A stretch of DNA of 64,000 nucleotides from Gammaproteobacteria bacterium. Its GTDB lineage: Bacteria > Pseudomonadota > Gammaproteobacteria > Eutrophobiales > Eutrophobiaceae. Location of the stretch: NCBI GenBank assembly GCA_965243205.1, contig CBDEUK010000002.1, positions 1,984,001 to 2,048,000 of the forward strand, in the 5' to 3' direction. This document shows, one piece after another, positions 9,198-19,137 of this stretch. How positions within the stretch are numbered: the first letter of the stretch is position 1; each line of letters begins with the position of its first letter. The position numbers and the translations under genes are program-made. A model generated the notes under the pieces. That model ran no database searches. It was given only the letters and a program-made list of their open reading frames with translations, and was not told where the DNA came from.

Positions 9198-9812
9198 TTA
9201 ACGGCGTGTTTTAATTGAGGTGCCTAGCTTTTGTAGGTAAGCAACCATCGCGTCTAATTCTGTTTTACCTTCTAGTGATTTAGCCGCTTTACTAATTTCT
9301 TCATCACTATAAGGCGCACCTAAATCTCTTAACACCGTCATTTTGGTTTCTATATCATCAGTCTCTAAGAATGTTGTTTCTAACCATGGATAACCTGGCA
9401 TGATCGATTCAGGTACAACATCTCTTGGATTAATAAGATGAACACGATGCCAGTCATCACTATAACGACCACCAACACGATGCAGGTCTGGCCCCGTACG
9501 TTTAGAACCCCATTGAAATGGACGGTCATATACAAACTCGCCAGCTAATGAATAATGTCCATAGCGTTCTGTTTCAGCTCGGAATGGTCTGATCATTTGC
9601 GAGTGGCATGTATAACAACCTTCTCTTACATAAATATCTCGACCAGTTAGTTCTAAAGCTGAATAAGGTTTGAGTCCTTCAACTGGTTCAGTGGTAGTTT
9701 GTTGAAAGAACAAAGGAATGATTTGAACCAGGCCGCCAATACTGATGACGACTAAAATGCTAATCATTAATAAGCCAATGTTCTTTTCAAAGATTTCATG
9801 TTTTAAACTCAT
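9198..9812 (-). CDS. ccoO: cbb3 oxidase subunit II
   Basis: [30 protein letters not shown]. Confidence 0.97.
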   Translation of the reverse strand: MSLKHEIFEKNIGLLMISILVVISIGGLVQIIPLFFQQTTTEPVEGLKPYSALELTGRDIYVREGCYTCHSQMIRPFRAETERYGHYSLAGEFVYDRPFQWGSKRTGPDLHRVGGRYSDDWHRVHLINPRDVVPESIMPGYPWLETTFLETDDIETKMTVLRDLGAPYSDEEISKAAKSLEGKTELDAMVAYLQKLGTSIKTRR

Positions 9813-9823
9813 AATGATTCTCC

Positions 9824-11245
9824 TTAGTGTGCTGCAGCCGGTAATGGAATTTGAGCTGTTACTGGTTTACTTCCGGCAACAGTTTTCCAAAGGTTATAAG
9901 CCATCACTAAACTTCCAACTAAGAACAACAAACCACCTAAGAAACGAATGATGTAAAAAGGATGCATAGCTTCAACAGACTCAACAAAGCTGTAGGTTAA
10001 GGTCCCGTCATCATTGACTGCACGCCACATCAAGCCTTGCATGATGCCTGATACCCACATTGCAGTGATGTACAAAACGATACCTAAGGTTGAAACCCAA
10101 AAATGTACTTCCACTAATTTAGTACTGAATAATTCGCGTCCATATAAACGTGGAATGAGATAGTACATCGCGGCTTGTGAGATAAACGCTACCCAACCTA
10201 AAGCACCTGAATGTACATGGCCTATGGTCCAATCTGTGTAATGTGATAAGGCATTAACCGTTTTAATCGACATCATTGGACCTTCAAAGGTAGACATACC
10301 ATAAAACGAAATCGATACGATCATTAAACGTAGGACGGGGTCGGTTCTTAATTTATGCCAGGCACCAGATAAAGTCATAATACCGTTGATCATTCCACCC
10401 CATGAAGGTGCTAATAAAATAATAGACATCACCATGCCTAGTGATTGAGTCCAATCAGGTAAGGCTGTGTAATGAAGATGATGAGGACCGGCCCAGATAT
10501 AAGTAAAAATCAATGCCCAGAAGTGAACAATGGATAAACGATAAGAATAAACTGGTCGGTCAGCTTGTTTAGGAACAAAGTAATACATCATCCCTAAAAA
10601 ACCTGCGGTTAAAAAGAAACCTACTGCATTATGACCATACCACCATTGAACCATAGCATCTTGAACACCAGCATAGACCGAATAAGATTTGGTTAATGAA
10701 ACAGGTATAGCAAGATTGTTAAAGATATGTAAAACAGCAATCGTGATAATGAAAGCAGCGAAGAACCAGTTAGCTACGTATATATGTTTTACTTTACGAT
10801 TCGCTATGGTCATAAAGTAATTGATTGCGTAAGCAACCCAGACGATAGTAATTAAAATATCAATTGGCCATTCTAGTTCTGCGTATTCTTTTGAAGAAGT
10901 AATACCTAAAGGTAATGAGATTGCTGCTAATAGAATAACCAGCTGCCAACCCCAGAAAGTGAATGCAGATAATTTATCGCTATAAAGTCGTACATGACAA
11001 GTGCGTTGTACAATGTAATAAGACGATGCAAATAATGCACATCCGCCAAAGGCAAAGATAACAGCATTAGTATGTAATGGTCTTAGTCGACCAAATGTAA
11101 GCCATGCGGTATCAAAATTTAATGCAGGCCAAGCTAATTGCCCAGCGATTAATACACCAACTAACATTCCAACAATGCCCCAGACAACAGTCATGATGGC
11201 AAACTGTCGTACAACGGTATAGTTGTAAGTATTCGTGTCAGTCAC
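9824..11245 (-). CDS. ccoN: cbb3 oxidase catalytic subunit I
   Basis: [32 protein letters not shown]. Confidence 0.98.
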   Translation of the reverse strand: MTDTNTYNYTVVRQFAIMTVVWGIVGMLVGVLIAGQLAWPALNFDTAWLTFGRLRPLHTNAVIFAFGGCALFASSYYIVQRTCHVRLYSDKLSAFTFWGWQLVILLAAISLPLGITSSKEYAELEWPIDILITIVWVAYAINYFMTIANRKVKHIYVANWFFAAFIITIAVLHIFNNLAIPVSLTKSYSVYAGVQDAMVQWWYGHNAVGFFLTAGFLGMMYYFVPKQADRPVYSYRLSIVHFWALIFTYIWAGPHHLHYTALPDWTQSLGMVMSIILLAPSWGGMINGIMTLSGAWHKLRTDPVLRLMIVSISFYGMSTFEGPMMSIKTVNALSHYTDWTIGHVHSGALGWVAFISQAAMYYLIPRLYGRELFSTKLVEVHFWVSTLGIVLYITAMWVSGIMQGLMWRAVNDDGTLTYSFVESVEAMHPFYIIRFLGGLLFLVGSLVMAYNLWKTVAGSKPVTAQIPLPAAAH

Positions 11246-11298
11246 ACTGATTCTCCTATACTATTTTTTATTAACCGTAAAAAAAGTTGGTATCGATA

Positions 11299-11994
11299 TC
11301 AGAAACGAGTTCCGATACCAATACCAACTACCCAGGGGTCAATGTCGACATCGACCTGTAAATCACCTAAAGCAGTGTCTAGAGTCGCAGTCGTATCTAC
11401 ATCGATGTATTTAATATCTAAATTAAGAAAGAAGTTTTTAGTGATGTCATAATCAACACCTGCTTGTAGTGACCAACCCCATTCATTCGTTGTACTAACA
11501 TGTACAGGGCCAACAGCAGATTCGAGTTGTCCTGTTGCATTATCATCGGTTAAGAATGTGTAGTTAACTCCAGCACCGACATAAGGACGGATGTTATTGT
11601 CAGGCATAAAGTGATATTGCAATGATAAGGTCGGTGGTATTACCCAAGAGTCGAAGATATCAAAACCATCAGTTAAACCGAGTCCTGATAAAGCAGGCCC
11701 AGGACCATTTAGAGAAACAGTATGTTGAGCCGTGCCAGCAATAGCTTCGATACCAATGTGTTTGGTAAGCATATAGGTAATGTCAATTTCTGGTGTATAC
11801 GCGTCGTCAACACCAACACCACTGCCTGCTAAGTCGGTACCGTTTAATCTAATTAAACCACTATCGTCATTTGGGATAATGCCGATGGCTCGCAAGCGAA
11901 CAATCCAGTCACCTTGTTCTGCGTTTGCAGAAAAAGACATCAAATTTCCGAGCGTTAATAGAACGAGTAAATATAAAGTTTTCCTATTGATCAT
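11299..11994 (-). CDS. ompW: OmpW family outer membrane protein
   Basis: GDWIVRLR, PPTLSLQYHF, RPYVGAGVNYT, IDPWV..GIGTRF. Confidence 0.92.
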   Translation of the reverse strand: MINRKTLYLLVLLTLGNLMSFSANAEQGDWIVRLRAIGIIPNDDSGLIRLNGTDLAGSGVGVDDAYTPEIDITYMLTKHIGIEAIAGTAQHTVSLNGPGPALSGLGLTDGFDIFDSWVIPPTLSLQYHFMPDNNIRPYVGAGVNYTFLTDDNATGQLESAVGPVHVSTTNEWGWSLQAGVDYDITKNFFLNLDIKYIDVDTTATLDTALGDLQVDVDIDPWVVGIGIGTRF

Positions 11995-12035
11995 AAGATT
12001 TTACCTATTTTTTGTATTAATAATTCTTGTTAAAT

Positions 12036-12431
12036 TTATTCGGATTGATTTTTTATTGTGTTTTTATACTGTTTAAAATTATTTTGATTAGGGCATAAAT
12101 TAAGAACACTATGATGTATAAGGTTTTCAATATTCTCCGTTTTTTGTAGTTCGGAGACGCATTCTTCATTCAAATGAAATTGGCAGGTTTCGCAAGTTTG
12201 TACTTGTTTCTCAATATCATAAGTTTGATGATGATTGATATAATCTTGTTGATGGATTTCTTGTTTTTTTAAAAATAAAGAGAAAGGCAAAGAATTAACT
12301 CTTCTCAGAAACGAATCAATTCGTTGTTGTCCAAATTTATAATTATTTGAAATATTTAAGATGAGGCTGTAAGCCAAAGCTATTACGGCTAACGCAATAA
12401 AAGATATAATAAATATTGTTATGGTGTTCAT
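12036..12431 (-). CDS. Membrane-anchored Cys-motif hypothetical protein (DUF6455-like)
   Basis: N-terminal TM helix; CETC...EC...CPN. Confidence 0.6.
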   Translation of the reverse strand: MNTITIFIISFIALAVIALAYSLILNISNNYKFGQQRIDSFLRRVNSLPFSLFLKKQEIHQQDYINHHQTYDIEKQVQTCETCQFHLNEECVSELQKTENIENLIHHSVLNLCPNQNNFKQYKNTIKNQSE

Positions 12432-12481
12432 TTGTCATTCCACATTTTTTGCTAGTTTTGCATAGGAATGAATATATGGAT

Positions 12482-12495
12482 TTGATCTCGATCAA
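12482..12495. promoter_or_regulatory. FNR box (perfect)
   Basis: TTGAT-CTCG-ATCAA, about 50 nt upstream of the minus-strand operon leading to ccoNOQP. Confidence 0.9.
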
Positions 12496-12522
12496 TTTAA
12501 AAAAGCTTTGTAAATTGATTAA

Positions 12523-12536
12523 TTGATCTAGATCAA
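12523..12536. promoter_or_regulatory. Second FNR box (perfect), overlapping the hemN stop codon
   Basis: TTGAT-CTAG-ATCAA. Confidence 0.85.
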
Positions 12537-13927
12537 GTTTGTGACGAAAAAACGCCGAAGTATTGATTGCGATTATGATTATGCTTGTCGAAAACAGAGC
12601 AAATATTTCTGATTAGAAAACGTCCAGTTTTGGTGATTTCAATAGATTTGGGGTTTAAAATAACCAATTCATCGTTTTGTATCTCATTGAGTTCGATTAA
12701 TTCGTTATAAAAATAATCCTCAAAATTAATATGATATATGTTTTCTATATCTTCAAATTGAAGTCTGAAATTACATATTAGATCCATAATAATATGTCTT
12801 CGTAATGAGTCATCTAAATCAAGCTTGTATCCATGTTTAATTGGTAATTTATTTTGATCCAAATATTTATAGTATTGTTCTATATCCGAATAGTTTTGAG
12901 AATAGCTATCAGCTAATTTACTGATAGAAGAGACACCAATACCTAGCTGGTCACATTCTGTATTAGTGGTATAACCTTGAAAATTTCTTTGTAAAGTTCC
13001 TTGTTGTTGTGCTAAAAAAAGACTGTCTGATGGTTTTGCAAAATGGTCCATGCCGATATAGCGATAGCCAGCAGAGGTTAGTTTTTCTATCGCAACATTA
13101 AATAATTCAATTTTTATCTTGGAACTGGGTAAATCTTGTTCATTAATTTGTCTTTGCGTTTTGAAGATATTAGGTAAATGCGCATAGTGATAAATCGCTA
13201 AACGGTCCGGATTCATTTGAATCACATAATCTAGTGTATTAGAAAAGCTTTTTATCGTTTGATTCGGTAGCCCATAGATTAAATCAAGATTGATAGATTT
13301 AAATTTATTGAATCTAGCTTCGGATACTAATTTTTCAGTTAATTCGATGGGTTGAATCCGGTTGACCGCTTGTTGTACATTACTATCGATATCTTGCACA
13401 CCAATGCTAATGCGATTAAAACCAAGTAGGCGTAATTTTTCTAAACTATGATTTCCCATTTGCCTGGGGTCTAATTCAATCGAATAATCCCTGTTTTCTT
13501 TTTCTGTAAATTTAAAATTTTTTCTAAGTTTAAGTATTAATTGAACAAGTTGTTCAGTATCAAAATAAGTCGGTGTTCCTCCACCAAGATGAAATTGTTC
13601 TACAATTCTGTCGGGATCGAATAAGTTACTTAATAGGTCAATTTCTTTTTCAAGATAATTTAAGTATTTAGCAGCACGATCTTTATTAGCTGTAATGATT
13701 TTATTACATGCACAATAGAAACAAACTTTTTCACAAAAAGGTACATGTATATAAAGAGATAATGGCTTAGGTAATAAATCTTCATTTGTTTGACTGGCAA
13801 TTGAACGAAAATGTCTCTCAGTAAAATTATTGTGAAATTGTTTTACGGTAGGATATGAAGTATAGCGTGGACCATAATTCCCATATTTTTCAAGTAATAA
13901 TGTGTTTGGAATAGATGTTTGTATCAT
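12533..13927 (-). CDS. hemN: Oxygen-independent coproporphyrinogen III oxidase
   Basis: GPRYTSYPT, YIHVPFCEKVCFYCAC, GGGTPT, IGMDHFA, RNFQGY. Confidence 0.95.
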   Translation of the reverse strand: MIQTSIPNTLLLEKYGNYGPRYTSYPTVKQFHNNFTERHFRSIASQTNEDLLPKPLSLYIHVPFCEKVCFYCACNKIITANKDRAAKYLNYLEKEIDLLSNLFDPDRIVEQFHLGGGTPTYFDTEQLVQLILKLRKNFKFTEKENRDYSIELDPRQMGNHSLEKLRLLGFNRISIGVQDIDSNVQQAVNRIQPIELTEKLVSEARFNKFKSINLDLIYGLPNQTIKSFSNTLDYVIQMNPDRLAIYHYAHLPNIFKTQRQINEQDLPSSKIKIELFNVAIEKLTSAGYRYIGMDHFAKPSDSLFLAQQQGTLQRNFQGYTTNTECDQLGIGVSSISKLADSYSQNYSDIEQYYKYLDQNKLPIKHGYKLDLDDSLRRHIIMDLICNFRLQFEDIENIYHINFEDYFYNELIELNEIQNDELVILNPKSIEITKTGRFLIRNICSVFDKHNHNRNQYFGVFSSQT

Positions 13928-13985
13928 GGATATCAGCTATTTTTTCAATAGCATAAGACAGTAATTCAGAATAGGTTTTATTTTT

Positions 13986-13999
13986 ATGATCTAGATCAA
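13986..13999. promoter_or_regulatory. FNR box (one mismatch) between divergent hemN and ccoI
   Basis: ATGAT-CTAG-ATCAA. Confidence 0.75.
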
Positions 14000-14066
14000 T
14001 TAATGATCAGAAAGCTGAATTAAACTTAGATTTGATTAGCTTATAAATTAATGAAAAATAAAATCA

Positions 14067-16547
14067 ATGTCATCCACAATTCAATCATTAAATTTATCAG
14101 AACAACAGTCACAGCTTGATTGTTATCATTGTGGTGAAGAAGTGAATGATTTGAATATAGTATATTCAACAATTAATGATGTTGAGCAAAAGTTTTGCTG
14201 TTTAGGTTGTTCTGCTGTGGCTGAAACTATTATGGAATTAGGGTTCGGTGATTATTATATTAAACGAACTGAAAAAGGAGTTCGTCCTGATTCAATAGTT
14301 CCTGAAGAGATTAATGGTTCAGAAATTTATAACCAACTAAATATTCAGAAGCTTGCTTGTGATGAAGTCGATGAAAATTCGTTAGAAACAGAATTGATTA
14401 TTAGAGGAATTACTTGTCCTGCCTGTAGTTGGTTATGTGAAAATAGATTGTCGTCTTTAGAAGGGATACAAAGAATAGATGTAAACTATTCAAATCATCG
14501 AGCTAAAGTTCGTTGGAATAAACAAAAAATTAATTTATCTAATATCATGCAAGCAATACGTGATATTGGTTATGAAGCAAAGCTATACAATAAACACAGC
14601 GAAACTCAACATAGAGAAGAAGAACGTAAACATCAATTACAATCGTTAGGACTAACTGCCGTACTAGGAATGCAAGTCATGATGATTTCAATAGCCTTGT
14701 ATTTCGGAAAAAATACCTCAATGGATATAACGTTTATAAATTTATTCCATTGGGTTAATTTAGTTCTTACTACACCAATTTTATTCATATCGGGAAAAAC
14801 ATTTTTTAAGAATGCATTACGTGATTTAAAAATTAGTACGGTCAGTATGGACCTTGCGGTTTCTTTAGGTCTTGCTTTGGCATATATCGCTAGTGTGTAT
14901 GCTACAGTTATAGGTCAAGGTGAGATCTATTTTGATACTATAGTGATGTTCATCTTTTTCTTATCGGCAAGTCGATATATTGAATTTATGTTACGGCAAA
15001 AATCTTTATATCAAACACAATCTTCAGAATTAGCTTTGCCAATAGTCGCGAGACAAATAATTTTTGATTCTGAAACGAGTCATGAAAAAATGATTTCTGC
15101 AGTCGATTTACAAAAAGGAGATATTATATTAATTAAACCAGGTGAGACGATTCCCGCAGATGGTGCCCTGTTAGAAGGCGTATCTCATGTCAATGAAGCG
15201 ATGTTAACGGGTGAGCAAAAACCGATCTTTAAGCAAAAAAATGCTAAAGTCATTGCAGGTTCTATTAATATCGACTCACCAATAAAAATCAGTGTAAAGT
15301 CAAGTGGAGATGAAACTGTATTAGCTTCGATTAATAAATTAATCGAACATGCACAATATGAAAAACCTACTTTGACACGATTCAGTGATAAGATTGCGGG
15401 TTATTTTATAAGCGCCGTTATTATTATCGCAGTAAGCACAATTCTTATTTCTGGAATTAATAATGTTGAAATTTGGTTAGACAGAGTAATCGCCGTTTTA
15501 ATTGTTAGTTGTCCTTGTGCTTTATCATTAGCAATGCCGAGTGTTTATTCAGCTGCAATCGGACGTTTGAGTCGAGAAGGAATTATTTTTAAAAATATAG
15601 ATCGTTTATTAGTTATTCCAAATATTAAACATTTTATTTTTGATAAAACGGGGACATGTACGCAAGGAAAATTTAAAGTTGCTTCTATTAAAACATATGC
15701 TGGTTTAGATAAGAACTATTGTCTTGCAGTAACATCTGCTATAGAAAAATATTCAGAGCATCCAATTGCCTCGGCTTTTCAAGATTATGACACTCAAAAC
15801 ATTAATATAAGTAAAATACATAATTATCCAGGAGAAGGGTTATCTGCAAAATTGAAAAATAATAAAGAAATTGTTTATCTTGGAAATATTGAATTCATAA
15901 AAAAATATTGTTCTTTTGATATTGTTTCTACCAATCAGAATTCTAATTATCATAGTACTTATATATATCTTGCAGCTGAAAATTATCTGTTAGCCTCGAT
16001 AGAATTAGCTGATTTACCACGAGATAATATTGAATTACTAATTAATTATTTAACCAATAAAGGAGCTAAAAAATATTTGTGTAGTGGTGATAATCTAAAG
16101 CCTACACAATATTTATCAGATAAATTAGGTTTTGATGAGTTTTATGCACGGATGTTACCTAAGGATAAATTAATGTTTATCGAAGGTTTGCAAAATGAAA
16201 ATAAGAGAGTCGCAATGATAGGAGACGGTATAAATGATGCTCCTACTTTATCAAGATCCGACGTTTCTTTTGCGATTTCCGAGGGTTCTGATCTTGCTCA
16301 ATTAGAAGCAGATGCAGTTATCTTGAATAAAGATATGTTATCACTTGTAAAATGTATAGAAATAGCGCAATCATGTAAAAAAATAATCAAACAAAATATT
16401 ATATGGGCTTTGTCTTATAATATTATTGCTTTGCCAATTGCTGTGAATGGCATGTTAGCACCTTGGATGGCGGCAATTGGTATGTCTCTGAGCTCTTTAT
16501 TGGTTATATTAAATGCAGATAGAATTCGACGTTTGAAGCTTCAATGA
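14067..16547 (+). CDS. ccoI: Copper P1B-type ATPase for cbb3 assembly
   Basis: CYHCG/FCCLGC N-terminal domain, ITCPAC, CPCAL, DKTGT, GDGINDAP; followed by ccoS. Confidence 0.92.
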   Translation: MSSTIQSLNLSEQQSQLDCYHCGEEVNDLNIVYSTINDVEQKFCCLGCSAVAETIMELGFGDYYIKRTEKGVRPDSIVPEEINGSEIYNQLNIQKLACDEVDENSLETELIIRGITCPACSWLCENRLSSLEGIQRIDVNYSNHRAKVRWNKQKINLSNIMQAIRDIGYEAKLYNKHSETQHREEERKHQLQSLGLTAVLGMQVMMISIALYFGKNTSMDITFINLFHWVNLVLTTPILFISGKTFFKNALRDLKISTVSMDLAVSLGLALAYIASVYATVIGQGEIYFDTIVMFIFFLSASRYIEFMLRQKSLYQTQSSELALPIVARQIIFDSETSHEKMISAVDLQKGDIILIKPGETIPADGALLEGVSHVNEAMLTGEQKPIFKQKNAKVIAGSINIDSPIKISVKSSGDETVLASINKLIEHAQYEKPTLTRFSDKIAGYFISAVIIIAVSTILISGINNVEIWLDRVIAVLIVSCPCALSLAMPSVYSAAIGRLSREGIIFKNIDRLLVIPNIKHFIFDKTGTCTQGKFKVASIKTYAGLDKNYCLAVTSAIEKYSEHPIASAFQDYDTQNINISKIHNYPGEGLSAKLKNNKEIVYLGNIEFIKKYCSFDIVSTNQNSNYHSTYIYLAAENYLLASIELADLPRDNIELLINYLTNKGAKKYLCSGDNLKPTQYLSDKLGFDEFYARMLPKDKLMFIEGLQNENKRVAMIGDGINDAPTLSRSDVSFAISEGSDLAQLEADAVILNKDMLSLVKCIEIAQSCKKIIKQNIIWALSYNIIALPIAVNGMLAPWMAAIGMSLSSLLVILNADRIRRLKLQ

Positions 16548-16738
16548 ATATTGTATTTTTATTACTAATCGTTTCTTTTTCGCTAGTTATGATCATAGCG
16601 TTAATTTTTTTATGGACAGTAAACAGCGGACAATATGATGATTTGGATTCCCCTTCATTTGATCTGATTCAAGATAATGATCGGATTAATGATGGTGATG
16701 TGAGTGTCCAGAATCTACATGATGCCAAAAACCAGTAA
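16544..16738 (+). CDS. ccoS: cbb3 assembly protein CcoS
   Basis: TM helix followed by FLWTVNSGQYDDLD; ATGA overlap with ccoI. Confidence 0.92.
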   Translation: MNIVFLLLIVSFSLVMIIALIFLWTVNSGQYDDLDSPSFDLIQDNDRINDGDVSVQNLHDAKNQ

Positions 16739-17393
16739 TAGGTAATAATGCTATTACTATTAACACAATTGCAGAGAAATATTTAAAAGCAGGTTTGCTT
16801 AGGCTATTTTTCAAAAAACTTCCACCAATAGATGTGGTTATCATTCCAGGTAAAGTACCTAAGCCGAATGCCAGCATATAGAACATACTATTGATAGCAT
16901 TACCGCTGACCATTGCTAGCATTAGAATAGAATACACCATCCCACAAGGTAACCAACCCCAGATTAGTCCGAGGCAAAAATAATCTAATACTGATTTTGC
17001 AGGTAAGATCCATTTCAATAATTGTTGTAAAGGTTGCCATATCGCATATGTCATTTTTTCTAAATAACTGAGAAAAGACAACCAGCCTAATATATTAAGT
17101 GCGATAATAATAAGGATAATAGACGATAAAATTTGTAAGAAACTATGGCCGCCTTGAAATATACTATTAACACCAAACTGACTGATTATTCCTGCTAACA
17201 AGCCAATCATGGTATAACTGAATATTCTTCCAAAGTTATAAATAAATGCTATTTTAAGTTCAGATTTTTTATTATTTTTCTTTTCGGATTGCAGTGTTAA
17301 AAGAGTACTGATACCACCACACATTCCAAAACAATGTAAGGTGCTCATTAAGCCAATAATAAAACAGGCTAGAACAGAAAGTTCTTGTTGCAT
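16686..17393 (-). CDS. DsbD_2/TauE-SafE-like membrane protein, cco-associated
   Basis: HCFGMCGGI, YNFGRIFSY, GWLPCGMVY, AFGLGTLP; His-rich tail. Confidence 0.88.
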   Translation of the reverse strand: MQQELSVLACFIIGLMSTLHCFGMCGGISTLLTLQSEKKNNKKSELKIAFIYNFGRIFSYTMIGLLAGIISQFGVNSIFQGGHSFLQILSSIILIIIALNILGWLSFLSYLEKMTYAIWQPLQQLLKWILPAKSVLDYFCLGLIWGWLPCGMVYSILMLAMVSGNAINSMFYMLAFGLGTLPGMITTSIGGSFLKNSLSKPAFKYFSAIVLIVIALLPITGFWHHVDSGHSHHHH

Positions 17394-17432
17394 GTATGTG
17401 TAATTTAATTATTGATTTTGATAAAGCTTATA

Positions 17433-18152
17433 TTAATTACCATGACAAATTTGTTGTAGCTTTTCTTTATCATGAATGGTAATTAACTTACGTTCAGCAG
17501 TAATGATATTGTCACTTTGAAAACGACTGATAATTCTGCTGACAGTTTCGATGGTTAAGCCTAAGTAGTTTCCTATTTCTTGCCGTGACATAGCTAGATT
17601 AAATTCTGTACTAGAATAACCTAAGGCATGATAACGTTGAGAAATATTACCAATAAAAGAAGCAACGCGTTGATCAGCTTGTTTATTGTTGATAGAGAGT
17701 AACATTTCATTTTCGTTGCCGAGTTCTTTACTCATTAATCGAAACATCTGGTGTTGTAAGCCAGGGATTACTTGGCTCAGTTCTTCTAATCGCGAAAAAG
17801 GAAAAGAGCAATATGTCATTGTTTCTAGAGCAATCGCAGTACACTTGTGAGTATCGTTTTCAATTGCGTCTAAACCAAGCAGTTCACCTGGCAAATAAAA
17901 ACCAATAATCTGTTGCTCTCCAGTTTCACTGATATTGACTAATTTCACCGAACCTGAGCGTATAGCGTAAAGTTGTTTGAACTTATCACCCATATTAAAA
18001 ATGTTTTCACCTTTCTTTATGGGGTTTGAACGATTAACAGTATTTTCGAGCTTGCTCAAAGAATCTTTATCAAGCCCTGCAGGTAAGCAGATTTCAGATA
18101 GGCTGCAATCAGAACAGGCAACTTTTACTTTTTTTATATCAAAGCTCGTCAT
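17433..18152 (-). CDS. fnr: Fumarate/nitrate reduction regulator
   Basis: CSDCSLSEIC Fe-S ligands; MSRQEIGNYLGLTIETVSR HTH. Confidence 0.95.
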   Translation of the reverse strand: MTSFDIKKVKVACSDCSLSEICLPAGLDKDSLSKLENTVNRSNPIKKGENIFNMGDKFKQLYAIRSGSVKLVNISETGEQQIIGFYLPGELLGLDAIENDTHKCTAIALETMTYCSFPFSRLEELSQVIPGLQHQMFRLMSKELGNENEMLLSINNKQADQRVASFIGNISQRYHALGYSSTEFNLAMSRQEIGNYLGLTIETVSRIISRFQSDNIITAERKLITIHDKEKLQQICHGN

Positions 18153-18196
18153 GGTTAATTTAAGTATTATAAGATTTATATGGCATCTGAAAAATA

Positions 18197-18943
18197 TTAT
18201 TCAAGTTCTAATAATTGTCCACCTAAAGATAACAACAATTTTTCAGTGTCAGATTTTGCAACAGCTAATAAATTTATATCAGTTGCTCTCATGATAATAT
18301 TGACGCCGAATTTCTGATTTTTAAAAAAGGGATAACTTCCAATACTAATATTAGGATATTGATTTTGTAATTGAGTTAACCCTTCTGCGATTTGGCCTTC
18401 ACGTAAATTGGTAATTACACTCTCGGTGACTATCGGATCGCCGCCAATTAAACGATCGGTAATACCATCAAACATTGCTTGCATGATTTTAGGTACACCT
18501 GGTAAAACGAAAACATTATTTAACTGAAAACCGGGAGCACCACTGACAGGGTTTTCGATTAAAACCGTATCTTCAGGAATATCAGCCATTTTTAATCGAG
18601 CATCGGTTAAATCTTTAACAGGATAGTAGGCTTCTAATAAAGTTTGTGCTTCGCTATTACGTACAACCTTTTTATCAAAGGCTTTGGCTATTGAAGCTGT
18701 GGTTATATCATCATGTGTTGGGCCTATGCCACCAGTCGTAAACACATAGTGGTATTCTCTAGATGCCTCTCTTACAACATCGATAATCGTTTGCTCGACA
18801 TCAGCAATGACTCTGGCCTCGGTTAAGATAATCCCCAGTTTTTCTAATCGCTGTGCAATGAATGAAAGATTTACGTCTTGGGTGCGGCCGGAAAGAATTT
18901 CATTCCCTATGATAATGACAGATGCAGTGTATTGTTTGGACAT
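18197..18943 (-). CDS. CinA-like molybdopterin-binding domain protein
   Basis: IIGNEILSGRTQD, TTGGIGPTHDDIT, LPGVP, IGSYP. Confidence 0.9.
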   Translation of the reverse strand: MSKQYTASVIIIGNEILSGRTQDVNLSFIAQRLEKLGIILTEARVIADVEQTIIDVVREASREYHYVFTTGGIGPTHDDITTASIAKAFDKKVVRNSEAQTLLEAYYPVKDLTDARLKMADIPEDTVLIENPVSGAPGFQLNNVFVLPGVPKIMQAMFDGITDRLIGGDPIVTESVITNLREGQIAEGLTQLQNQYPNISIGSYPFFKNQKFGVNIIMRATDINLLAVAKSDTEKLLLSLGGQLLELE

Positions 18944-18990
18944 CTGGATAGTATGCAGTTGCAGAGAAGCATGAACAAGGAATAAAAAGC

Positions 18991-19038
18991 AGAAAAAATA
19001 GCACTTCCATGTGCTCGATGAGTTATCGCTGAGTTGCG
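18991..19038 (-). ncRNA. Candidate short RNA or leader ending in a GGA-loop hairpin
   Basis: Lies after promoter TTTACA-N17-TATAGT; ends AGCAC-ATGGAA-GTGCT followed by ATTTTTTCT. Confidence 0.4.
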
Positions 19039-19044
19039 GGAATA

Positions 19045-19091
19045 ACTATAGCGCAACGAATCTTATTTGTAAATGATAATTATTACTATTT
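19045..19091 (-). promoter_or_regulatory. Sigma-70 promoter overlapped by a Fur box
   Basis: -35 TTTACA (19068..73), 17-nt spacer, -10 TATAGT (19045..50); AAATGATAATTATTACTATTT (19071..91). Confidence 0.65.
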
Positions 19092-19137
19092 AAGAATTAT
19101 TTTCGATTAATTTATAATTAATAATAATATCAATAGT

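Noticed and set aside
2990-18200. Genomic island integrated at tRNA-Leu
   Set aside because: No integrase and no repeat of the tRNA 3' end were seen; the content is respiratory genes.
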